Source of the DNA: Trichoplax adhaerens
Lineage: Eukaryota; Animalia; Placozoa
DNA length: 64,000 nucleotides
NCBI RefSeq assembly: GCF_000150275.1
Contig: NW_002060958.1
Location: 628,272 to 692,271, forward strand
Reading direction: 5' to 3'
Under the pieces are notes generated by a model. It was not told the DNA's origin. It saw nothing but the letters and a program-made list of their open reading frames with translations, and made no database searches. Of this stretch, positions 28,376 through 40,139 are shown in pieces (the first letter of the stretch is position 1; every line of letters starts with the position of its first letter). Both the position numbers and the translations under genes were made by a program.

Positions 28376-29323
28376 ATGGATCAGTATTTTATTCTACATA
28401 TCTACAATATTACGCTGCCTATTTCAATCTCTCAAGGATCAACGATCGTGGCAAGCCTATCGCTCATTCCAAATGCATTACTACTTTATCTGTTTTTGAC
28501 TACGGCATCTTTAAGAGAATCCTCTAAGGCTATTATATATAGTAGTTGTATAGCTACTACTGTGCTATCTTTGTTATTGATTTCAACTGAATTAATATCT
28601 ACATTTACTGTTGAGCCACTTCGCCGATACTTGGTTACTTGCATTTTTGGAAAACCCTCCGAGATATGTTTGATGGGTGCTATAAATATACATGTAGCTG
28701 CTATAAGTACTGAGCGATACTATGCCGTTACTCATCCATTTAAATACCAAAGATTCGTTATAAAGAGAAACATGATCGTAGTTTTAACGATAATTTGGTC
28801 TATTCCCGTTTGCGTTACTTATTTACCGTTGATAATTGATCTTTCTGTGACCGGGAAAGACTGCATTTCTTGGTCTATAGAATTTTATGAAAATGTCCTT
28901 TACAATGTTTGCATATTACCATTAATGCTCATCTTTCCACCAATTTTAGCTATTTTGATCCATATAGCAGTTATTTGTAAAACAGGTTTATTTTCACTAA
29001 AGTTGTGGCCATCTTCTATATCCAGTAGTCAAGGAAATCCAATTAATTACCGTGTATTAAATCGTAGAAAATCTATATGTCAAATGGGAGCTATTCTAGG
29101 TGTGTCATTCATTGCGTTCTTTCCATTTGTTGTTTTATATATTTATTTAATTTCAACTCGGAATTCTACTCTAGTCTTACCGGTAATGATAGCTCGGGTA
29201 GTATCGATGATATATATTATATTGCATCCTATATTTTCCATCGCTTTTAATTTAGATATTAAAAGGGAATTCATTAAATGGTTTAAAAAGTGCTACTATG
29301 ATCCCTTATCATCAGTTTCATAA
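28376..29323 (+). CDS. Single-exon class A GPCR, aminergic-like, paralogue 3
   Basis: 315 aa, 7 TM. PSEICLMGAINIH, ERYYAVTHPFKYQR, AFFPF, HPIFS. Paralogue of the two above. Confidence 0.95.
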   Translation: MDQYFILHIYNITLPISISQGSTIVASLSLIPNALLLYLFLTTASLRESSKAIIYSSCIATTVLSLLLISTELISTFTVEPLRRYLVTCIFGKPSEICLMGAINIHVAAISTERYYAVTHPFKYQRFVIKRNMIVVLTIIWSIPVCVTYLPLIIDLSVTGKDCISWSIEFYENVLYNVCILPLMLIFPPILAILIHIAVICKTGLFSLKLWPSSISSSQGNPINYRVLNRRKSICQMGAILGVSFIAFFPFVVLYIYLISTRNSTLVLPVMIARVVSMIYIILHPIFSIAFNLDIKREFIKWFKKCYYDPLSSVS

Positions 29324-29500
29324 TTAAAATTACAGGAATACAATGAAATTGTAAAATAAATGCATCGGATTGAGATCCAATATGTGGTATACTACGAGAG
29401 ATAGTTTAAGGCTAAAACAGTCGACTTTATTCTCATGTCGTGGATTTCTAAATTAAACCTATACCGAGTACCATTAGCATCTCGTGCAATTGTTTAATAC

Positions 29501-29986
29501 TGTGATGGAGGGTTCGCTATCTCAGAGGATTGAGATTTAGTCGCCATTTACAATTATTACAACAAAGGGTTTATAAAAGTTATGCTTTATTGTAGGTTAG
29601 TAAAGTGAAGTACAGTGAGGTAGTTACGGTAGATCAGCGTGCAAGCTGTCGTGAGTAACGAGTAGAAGTATTAGACTGTGAGAGACTAACTAGAAGACTA
29701 ACTGAGAGGCTAATGAACTCTGAGGTAGAAATCGCCGGTATTTATAGTTTTAAAGATAGAGCACATGCAGAGAATAGGATTGTGGAATTAGGTACAACAT
29801 ATACCATAACAGGTTACAAAATAGCAGATGATTGTAGAAAACAGCGAGTACCGTAATAACTAAATACAGTAGTCTATATATGAATGTAGAGTAAGCGGAC
29901 TGTAGATCTGTCTAAATATAAGAGCAATACAACATGTCTATATTTAAGAGTAGAATATAGTTACAGTATATTCTAAATACACTACA
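29501..29986 (-). mobile_element. Solo LTR
   Basis: TGT...ACA termini with perfect 5-bp TSD AATAC. Minus-strand CTATAAATA (29739-29747) followed by AATAAA (29586-29591). Confidence 0.8.
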
Positions 29987-30845
29987 AATACGATAAGAGG
30001 AATTATTATTAGATAAATTTTACGAACTATTTTATATGATTACTATGTAGGTGCTACAGTTTAAAATATTGGAGAATCTACTAATCGAATTTGATACTGA
30101 ATTTATGCATGGAACTTTAAAAGTGTTATAGATGAAGATTTTATTTTTAATTAAAGCTATAGAATCTATGTTTCCGTAAATTGTTCGGATAAAAGTCAAG
30201 TATCTTAATGTCGTTCTTATTTCACCGATTAACGGTTAACGCCAGGAAGCTCATAGTTAAGGTAGTACCGCATTTAATAAAAAATTTTATAGACTATTTT
30301 TACGTTTTGCAGCAAATATTTCATAATGGGCTCTTTCTAAAATATAGCAGAAAAGACTCTCATAAAAGAAAAACCAATTGTTTAAATACACGAACATCCG
30401 ATGAAATTATCTATAAATAAAAGAACTATATAATGCCGTAGCTGATAGCCATATTAGGTACTGTTATTCAGCACTGCACTAATGTGATTGATGACTCCTA
30501 TGTAGAGGAGCAATTGATGATAATTTGTAAAATTGTATAGTATCGTGGAGGCTAAGTCGATTATCCGGTTTATCTTAGCCATTTCGACTGCTAATATGAG
30601 GCGATGAAATTGGAATTCTTCGCTAACGTAAGACACACGGACGTTAAAAAAACTTGACTGTTAGAAGTCAATTATACGGTGTTGACTATTTTGTGTCGCC
30701 TTAGGGATTTTCTCGATTTTAACAACTTAGAATTTTGAGGTGACGGATTACGAACCTAGGGCTAGCAACCCGTGCAATACAGCCATAAGTATATGATAAA
30801 TTGCAGAAATTATTGTGCTACTATTATATATGTAATTTTTTCCCC

Positions 30846-31456
30846 TGTTATGGAGCCATGCTCCGAAATATTAATTGCTATGTTAATTAAAATATCTGAT
30901 TTAAATTATTGTTTGCTTCTATAGCTTATTAGATATTAATGTTTATTAATAAGTACTTGTTATTGCCAAGGTATCAGAAAGTTCAATATTGTTGACGTGT
31001 CGGAGCTAACACGCTTAGTCAGTAAACGTTAATTAATAACACATTAAGTGTAAGGTCAATTACTTTACAGAACCTTGAGGCTCTAGTTGCTACACTAGGA
31101 TATGTATACTGTACTGTGTAAGTCGCTATGTCAAGAATATTCACAAGTGTACCATCGGCGTTGGCCGAGACTATAAAAAGCCGAGCACTAGCTTAGCTGC
31201 TCAGTTCCAGTTGGTCACTTGCAGGATCTTTTGACTATTATTGCTAAGAATATTCTTACGTTTTTCTTTAGTACATTTTACGACTAAGTTTAACGAAAAT
31301 AAAGTGAAGTATTTAAACCTATTACTCCTTAGTAGCTTATTTGTGTAGCTGAGAGTTAGTTCAACTACGATAGGTCCCTAAGTTAGCTGGGAACATGAGT
31401 ACCAGTGAAGATGGTGTTTAAGACCCGGTTTCTTATTACAAAGGAGATTTGTAGCA
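30846..31456 (+). mobile_element. Solo LTR
   Basis: TGTTAT...GTAGCA with perfect 5-bp TSD TCCCC. TATAAAAA at 31172, TCAGTT at 31201, AATAAA at 31298. 3' end resembles the R1 terminus. Confidence 0.8.
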
Positions 31457-32814
31457 TCCCCATTCTTGGTTTAATTTTGGTAGTACAGCTGAATGTCTTA
31501 ATAATTACGTCTCTTTCACTAATATGTTAGACGTTTAAGGAATTTCGTTAGCTATAATAAAATGACGGTAGCTTAGCTAGTGCGTAGATAAAACAACTTT
31601 TAGAAAAGATTGATCACTAATAAAGCTCTCATACTGAACCGTATTAATTTTTTCTGCTTTTTCAATATATAGGCAGTATTTAATTGGGTTAAATTTATAA
31701 TGTGTTTGAAAAATTTCGCTCAATTGTCACCCTCATTAAATGACTCCTTTTAGCTTGTTTTCTCACCTCATCTTAAGTTCATGTATTCGTGTAAATAGTA
31801 ATAGGATTTGTGAGTGCGATGAATATAATAGAGTTTTGGTGACATTGTAATAGCTGCGATAAGAAATTTATCTGTGAGATCGTGATAGGGTTACATGCAG
31901 TAGCCCGCTAACTGGCTTTAGGTTAAATTAAGGAAGCCGTAGTAGAAGCCCTTTTTTTAGCCAAGATTTTTACTTAAAACGTAGAATAGCTTTTATGATT
32001 TGCTTCATAAGGTAGTTTCTCTAGATTATAGGGATTATAGACACTTGGTAGTCCTCAATATTGGACTAAGTATGCAATAAAAAAGCAAAATTGTGTGAGC
32101 TACGACTGCAGCTGTGACAATGAGATAATGAAATTTATATAAAGTACCGGTGTATCAGCCTAGACTATACCCATCCAAATCATACCTGTATTAAAGGCGT
32201 GGATTAATGCAGATAGGGCATTTCTTTTCATTGGATGACCAGTTTTAATAGATTAGACACAGGATTGAAAATTGAATGGGATCTTTGTTATCAATCTAGG
32301 CATATTACAGGCATGCTCATGCAGAATTAGAATCGAAATTTATGATGTTGGAATCAGGTTTCTTGTTAATGTAAATAGTATTATATATTAGTCACCACCA
32401 TCTAGTTAAAATCATATTAACTCCATTAATTTTATTTTAATATACTATTCAAGTTAAAGCTTATTTAGTTTTATTTACATAGCTTATGACGTCTTCTTAT
32501 TTCGTAAGATTATATGGTCGTCAGAAAAGAGTTAAAGTACTTTACAAAGCAAAGGTCATTTTCTTGTTGCTGACAGAAACTCCAATTATATTCTGTGTTA
32601 ACAATCCAAATCGCTAGCTTCATTGTTCGCTAAATAATAATTAAATAATTTATTCCTCTCCGCTGGATAGTGTATTCAAATTTGGATGGATTGACGTATT
32701 TATAAGATTTTGCTATTATTGTTGCTTTATAATGATAATGAATTTTGGTCTCTATATTACTTTGTTCAGTTGATATTTCGCACTACTTGTTGATTCGTGT
32801 TACCGATCACGAAG

Positions 32815-35800
32815 ATGGAGAAGAAGAAATCATCTTCGAAATCGCCTAAATTAAGAGCAATTGATAGTACCAAAGATACTGACAACACCGAGTTGGGAAC
32901 GAAAGAACGTTACGGATGCTTTAATATTCACCCGGATTGGTTACAGGTTTTTAATAATCGCAAGTGGCTAGCATTTTTGATAGGCGTTTGTCAACTTTTA
33001 TTTAGTACAGTCACATCAGGTTACGAATCTAGCATCGTATCAACTTTACAGAGAGGATTTGGACTAAGTAGTACTGACATTGGTGGCATATCTGTGTGTT
33101 TTAGTGTTGCACAATCTACTTTAGGCGTTATTTTATCGCATAAAGCAGCTAATTCTCATAAGGGAAGATGGGTAGGCATAACTGCAATTATTGCTGCAAT
33201 CGGATGCTTTATATACGCATTACCACATTTTGTAACAAAATCTTACGGTATACTGAGTTCTTACCAAAATGGTAACCAAAGTTATGGAATTTGCTCTTCG
33301 ACTAGCAAACCGTCTCCACTTACTGATCAGGAACAGGCATCGCAAAAGGGTCTTTACATATTTCTTTTTTGTCTTGGCCAATTTGTTATTGGCGCTGGTA
33401 CATCTATTTTAAGATCAATCGGCTGGTCATACTTAGATGAAAACGTTAGTCCCTCGGTATCTGCTTTATATACTGGCATTAACTTGTCGTTACTAGGTCT
33501 TGGAATTGCATTAGGTTTTGTATTTGGTGGCACTGCATTAGATTTATACGTGTATTGGCCTGCTGAAGTTTCTGGTAAGTGTCAGTAGCATGTTTATTGG
33601 CCAAAGTGTGTAAAAGTTTGACGCAAACCTCACATTTCTTACTAATATTATGTCCTATATCTTTAGATCCAAGCCTAACAATAGATAATCCAAATTGGAT
33701 TGGTGCTTGGTGGTTAGGTTATATTGTAATAGCAGCGATCATAATCTTGATGGCTTTCCCAATTTTAGCTCTGCCACGCCATTTACCGAATTATGAGTAT
33801 TATAAAATGAAACGTGCGCAGCAAGCCGAAGGCAAATCAAAAATTGATCGTTATAAAAGTAAAACTTTAAAAGATTTAATCCCATCCTTGAAGGATTTAT
33901 TGCTTAACATGCCCTTTATGTGCACTGTCTTAAATTTGGTGGGCAACTTGATTGTGCTAGCGGGCGTTGGAGTCTTTTTTCCTAAGTATATAGAATCTCA
34001 GTATGGAGTACTAGCTTCATCTGCCAGCATGTATACTGGAATAATGATTGTTGTAGGAATGCTAGTTGGTATTGTTTTGGTAAGATTTAATTTCAACTAG
34101 TTGTACAATTAGTATTACATTTTCATTGCGATAATGTCTTATGCTAGTAACTGCAGCGCAACTATTTCACCTAGTTACAGCCGTTATGTGCTAGGGAATA
34201 TACTGATAGTGTGTAGTGTACAACTCTACATCTTCATAAATAAGTGTTTATTATGGCTTAAGAATCCATAAGTTAGATACGGTAGTTGGTATCTTAATAT
34301 TTCATTTTAAAACCTTTCAGTCAACTTATAAGTTGCCCTGGATGCTGTAATTGAAGCTTGTGTTGTAACTTAAATTATTCAATGCTTAGGGAGGAGGATA
34401 CATGAAGTACAAGAAATTGAAAGTTTTAGGCTTGGCCAAGTTTGCAGCCATTTCTACTACATTAAGTACAGTTACGGTAGCAGCGTTTCTTATTGCAGTA
34501 TGTCCGAGAACTTTGATAGCTGGAGTCAATATTCCATATCATAAGTATGTATCAGCGCCTTTCAATATTTAATGCTATTGCGATATAATTCTTAATTAAG
34601 CATAAATAGTAGAATGCCAAGATAATTAGATTTAATTGCTTCAGCCATTGCAAAAATTCTATTAGTCTGAATCAATTATCAAACGTTAATTCTCATCATA
34701 TTCCCTGTCACACCGTACTTTCACAAAACAATTCGAACACTGTATTATATGATTGTCACTCAGCTGGCAGTCTACGCCTATTCAGATCATTTAGTAATCA
34801 ATATAGACACCAAACCATGCAATATAATGACATCATTAAAGAAAATGTGACAAATTGATACGACTTGATAGATCGATTTATTATCAGGCTATCAATCTGA
34901 TTATGTACTGAGTCTGTTTTCAGCGGGCTTAACAACGAATAGATCAGATATACATCAGCCACATCATGCATTAAAACTTTGTCAATCTATCTAGATATAC
35001 TCTATAAAAACTGTTCAAGTGTTTCCTAGTGTTTATGCGTTTTTTTTACTGGCGATAGATTTACTTATGTCCGAGTTTGGTCCGTGTAGCGCCAATAACG
35101 ATATCAGTGAATGTTACCTTTGAATAATTTTTAAATTTAGCGAAACAATTCTATGTAAACAAAAGTTTTAGCCAGTGTACGCCTATTTCAAACTTGTTTT
35201 ACGATAAGATAACGAAAAGGCCAAATCCACTAAACTTGTCCTTAGTTCGCGTATAACTACCCTGATTAAGAAACTTTTGAAAGTAGTTATCCTTAATCCT
35301 ACCTAATCACAATAATTTGAGCACCTTTGACCAGTTAGCAAGTACTAGACTTACGAACTAATATTAGTACGCAACATGTTGTCTTTATATAATTTGTACG
35401 GTAGCAACAAAATATAGGTAATGAGTACCAACAACCATCATATAAATCAGTCTAGCCGTTAATAGTTTTAAGTACAATTTCTAGATTAAACAGCTATAAT
35501 TACGGACTTAATACATCTAATGGCTAACATGAAGTAGACTAAGTACGTTATATTCGATTAAGAAATATTCTCGTTAAAGCATTGAATCTATTTATAAGTT
35601 AGTTACCATCACAATGTTTCGAGCTATAAACAGGTTGATCTCCAGTACGTTACCATATAGGCCGTATACTACTCCGAGTACAAGACTCATCATTGCTATT
35701 TTATGCGCTACTTTTTACAATAATGAAGCTTTCTATTGGTACACTATGGTACTTGTCTAAATTATTAATTCAAACAAGGCTTAGCTAATAAAATTACCCT

Positions 35801-37546
35801 ACCGTAGACTTTAATATTTTAATCTCTACTGCAGTATATCACTTTCATAGTAGTAGATTGTAGCGTTATAGGCTAGTACAGCAGATTTCAACTATATTTT
35901 ATAATTACAACAGTCCTGATCGGCTAGTCTAACATTTACTGTTATTACATTACACATCACAACAAATTGGTGTAACTATTTGCTCATGATGGGGAAGCCA
36001 TTAACCGATTACTGCGAAAATTTAGGATTTAACCCCAAAAGTCTCGACAACAGAACCTTTCAATTTTTCTTTGTCGCCCAATTTATTCATCTGCAAATAA
36101 TATTGCTGACTTGAAATTCTGAAATTACTACTTGCAGCAGTTAAAGTGGACTGGCAAACTTAACTAGCTTTCGCTTAAGCTTATTTTTTGTCAGCTAGTT
36201 ACAATTCGTCATTATTTATCAAAAACATATTAGACACTTTTATTTCAATAGATGTTCATGCGGAAATGGGAATGCTTTTTTTGTTATGATAGTCTGATTT
36301 AGAATTTGATTTTGCTCAAGCTCTAATTCAGTACTATGCAGTCGTCGGAAGCATCTTATAAAATAATCAGTAGATACATTTTATGGAAAGAATTGTTCTT
36401 AATTATTCGCTTATGTTTTAATTTATGCGTATGCATTAACTACGAATTATGCTTTTTACAGTTTCACCAGCGAAATTGCAGTATCACAGACACATAATTT
36501 ATCAGATAATTGTAATTCTGGATGTTATTGTGATTCCGAAACTTTCAAGCCTGTTTGCGATCTCTCGACTGGAATCACGTATTTTTCACCTTGTTATGCT
36601 GGATGTACCTCTAAAGGAATAGATTTTAATAACGGACAGCAGGTAATTGTAAAATTTAATCAATACAGCCTGTTATATCCTAAATGTCAGCATGATCGAA
36701 GCTTGATGGTAATATTGCTTATCAAAGGACATTTACTTGACATCGACAGGTCTCAAGACTTTTTATTAGAGGCCAAAATAAATTCTACATTACCGATTGC
36801 CATCTCTCCATAACTCTAGCTCTATTTTTTTTAATTTGGATTTGCGCAGGTATTTGGTAATTGCAGCTGTTTAAGCACTAATACGAATGCCATGAGAAAT
36901 CATACTCAGTCTTTGGATGTAGTTTTGAATTATTGTCCAAAAGAATGCAATGCTCTCATTCCTTTTATTATCATGGGAATAATATTTGCATTTTTGGTTT
37001 ATTGCAGTCTCATACCTTCATATCAAGTTATCTTGAGGTTAATAGAAACTCCATTTTCATTCCTTACAATTTATATAACACGCTAAGAAGTAAAAAATTA
37101 AAAATTTTATCTTTCAAAATAGGTGCGTTCCGGAGAGTCAGCGACCATTAGCTCTCGCTGTTCAATGGGTATTTATCCAGTGTTTAGCGAATATTCCAGG
37201 TCCAATTTTACTCGGAACTTTCATCGATGGTGCATGCTCTCTGTGGGAAGTTCAAAACGGAGAGAGAGCTTTCTGTTGGATATACGACAATCAGTTACTC
37301 GCATATGGATTAGCTGGTGTTATATTAGCTATGAGGATATTTTCTGCAATTTTTTCGATATTAGCATGGTATTTTTTAAAACGTGATATCAAAAAATACT
37401 CTGGAATAGAGAAGGAAAACATCAAAGATGATCATGAAGCGGATGAAAAGGAGCCGGAAAATAATATTATTAAGCCATCTAGTTCAAATCAAAATATGGT
37501 TGAAACAACATCTAAGTTGAACGGATTCACTGAAACTTTAGTATAA
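32815..37546 (+). CDS. SLCO/OATP family transporter, copy 1 (6 exons, ~706 aa)
   Basis: Exons 32815-33574, 33667-34079, 34390-34544, 36462-36642, 36850-37037, 37123-37546. All introns GT-AG, total 2121 nt in frame. Motifs ALPHF, YLDENV, WIGAWWLG, PKYIESQYG, Kazal-like CNSGCYC...FKPVC...YFSPCYAGC, PGPILLGTFID, CWIYD. Confidence 0.93.
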
Positions 37547-38178
37547 TGTTAATGTGGTAAATTAAAATTTTAATTTTAAAATTACAACGTTATCCTTTTT
37601 GGCAAGCTATGCAAACCCAATGGTATTTAATCCTAATACACTACGTCTACCTGAATGTGAAAGAATGCAATAGTAAAAACTTTTGCATTATGGTCAGAAG
37701 ACCATTAATTAATTTTTCATTTGATGCAATGATATATACTTAGATGAAAATATCTTGGCAGATAAAATTTTGGACATAACCCTATACTATCCAATCAGTA
37801 AAAAGTAGAATCAAGTCAGCAGACCTGTAAACATTTGTGGTTTATTGCGGCTTATTATTACATCTATATTGCTTGTAGTCAAGATATTCCTTTCGATCTG
37901 AGTATTCTACGATGAACTTTCACTTGTTGGAGCAAATTAATTCAAGTGTAATCCATTTTTTTTGCATTCTTCTTTATTATAAAACAGCACAATTTCAATA
38001 ATTAAGGTGTTTTTCATCTGCAGCTATTACCCTTATATTAGTACTACATACAATTTTAATAACATTTTATGAATAATACAATTATTATAATAATTCTCAC
38101 ACTCTATTGTTAATTATATATAATTACCGTTAATATAAAGCTAAAATTAGAAATAAGATAGCTGTCTTGAGTTTTAAT

Positions 38179-38468
38179 TGTCACTATAATTAGAATTCAC
38201 ACTGGAATCTACAACAAGTACACCTTTTGTTACTTTAAGTACCAATAATTCAAGTTTATGCCGATTTAGTTTAAATTGACTGAGTTTTTCCGTCAAGTTA
38301 GGGTTCATTTCGTCTAAAGAGGTAGAGGTTATGATTACTGTTCATTCTGACGATAGGAGATCGTCCGTGCTTAGAGTAGGACTTGATAATGTCAGGGAGG
38401 ATAAATCCGATACAACACTCATAAAATAGTTTTTACTATATCCTCGTTACAAATTTCGATTTGTTACA
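38179..38468 (+). mobile_element. Diverged solo LTR-like copy related to 1015-1390
   Basis: Shares gggttca...cgataggagatc...caggga(a/g)gataaa...ctcgtt(g/a)caaatttcgatttgt with 1140-1390 and ends ...TTACA. Left boundary uncertain, no TSD found. Confidence 0.55.
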
Positions 38469-38903
38469 CACCGTAACTGTATCACAGGAAATATCTTCAT
38501 TCATTTTAAGAAGCCATCCATTCAGATTATTCAGTGACGGATGATCAAATGCTAGCAAGTATTGAACTGAATGTAAAGAAATTACTTTTCTCTCGATTTT
38601 TTACAATTTTATACTAATTATCTATTTATATTAGTACATCATCTATTCGGCAATCTTCTATGACAATTCCAACCCTAACTGCTTCGCAGGAAATACTTTA
38701 GTTCATTTTAGACGCTAGACATTAACGACCGAGTCACGGATGATGAAATGCCCGCAAGCAGGTAATGTACTGTACATACTGTAGAGTACAGTACTTTCTG
38801 TATATTGTACTGTATAGGATGTACTGTAAGGCAACGTTGCGATTGCGCAGTTTCATTACTATTGATAGGGTATGAACTTTTGTCAACGGATTTTGACTCA
38901 TCG

Positions 38904-39202
38904 GTACTGTTTCTCATAGTCCTGTACTATTCTGTACAATACAGTACCATGGACTATAGTACAGTATTAGCAAATACTAAAGTTACTGTAGTGTATACTT
39001 GGACCTGAAACTCTCCTCGGATGGACGGACCTTGCATATCAGATAAGGGCGAAACTATCGTACTGTTATCTCATAGTACTGCACTGTACTGTACAATACA
39101 GTACCATCGACGACAGTAGAGTACTAGCAAATACTATACTGTATACTTGGAGCTGCAACTCCCCGCGGATGGACGGACTTTTCAGATAAGGGCGAAAATG
39201 TC
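38904..39202. repeat. Tandem duplication of a ~150-bp CAGTA/TACTG-rich unit
   Basis: 38904-39059 and 39060-~39202 share gtactgtt..ctcatagt..tgtacaatacagtaccat..tagcaaatacta..tgtatacttgga..cggatggacggac..tcagataagggcgaaa. Confidence 0.85.
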
Positions 39203-40139
39203 GAAAAACAGTTTACTCAGTATAATGTAGAGTGTAGATCTATCGTATCTATTTTCTAAATCGATCGTATTCATTTGAATAACGTTCATGATCTAAATTG
39301 ATTGCTTCTAAGCAGAACTTAGTAAGAGACAATGGAATGCAACGTAATATTACTTCATTTAGATCAATGCAATCCATATTCAGAATCGACTGCCTGCTTC
39401 CAAAAGTACTGGTCATAATGAAGTGTTGGACACAATTTATTGACAAAGTAGGCCCAATGTCTGTCCGTCCAAAGAAGTTGCAAGTCCATGGATTCTTTCT
39501 AGTACATCGATCGAGTTAGCTAGTTCATCAATTAAGTCGCAAGTTTCCAATGTGGAGCGAAATGTTGAGCGAATAGGCCCAATGGAGGTTTATTCGATAA
39601 TTAGAGCAACCCTACTGATTGATCATCCAATTTAATCTCGTACAAGCAGGCGGATCATGAGCATTAGACCTTCGAATTTACACGCACTTGATCCAAGCAA
39701 CCGTACTATTCGTATTCTCCCCCAAGAATTTGACCCCTAATATAAGGCTTATTGTTCTTGGTTGAAAGTTCATGCATTGTGCTCAAACAGGGGGCCCTGT
39801 TTACACGACTATATTCGACAAAGATTGTGGCATTGAATAGAAGAAGTAAGGCATAAAAAAATCAGAATACGTACATTGGGACAAAATTGGGCATATTGAC
39901 CATCTATCATTTGCTTTAGGGTCGGCGAATTGAGCGACGGTGTTTAAATTAGGCTGTGTTGTACCATCCCATTATTCAGGAAAGATAGAAATATTGGAAA
40001 TGTGAGCTGGAGCCCAACTTTGATTTGTGATTGGCTTGGTGGATATTATTATTTTTTACAATCGCAAAATTAATATTGAATTTGAAGCCTTATTATCAGT
40101 TTCATTGGAAGGAGTAATTAGGAGATTGTGAGTGTTAAA

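Noticed and set aside
33579-37386. Separate ORFs 33579-34100, 36892-37086, 36933-37151, 37123-37386 (and 41398, 41694, 42045, 43144)
   Set aside because: These are SLCO exons extended into introns or out-of-frame shadows, not separate genes.
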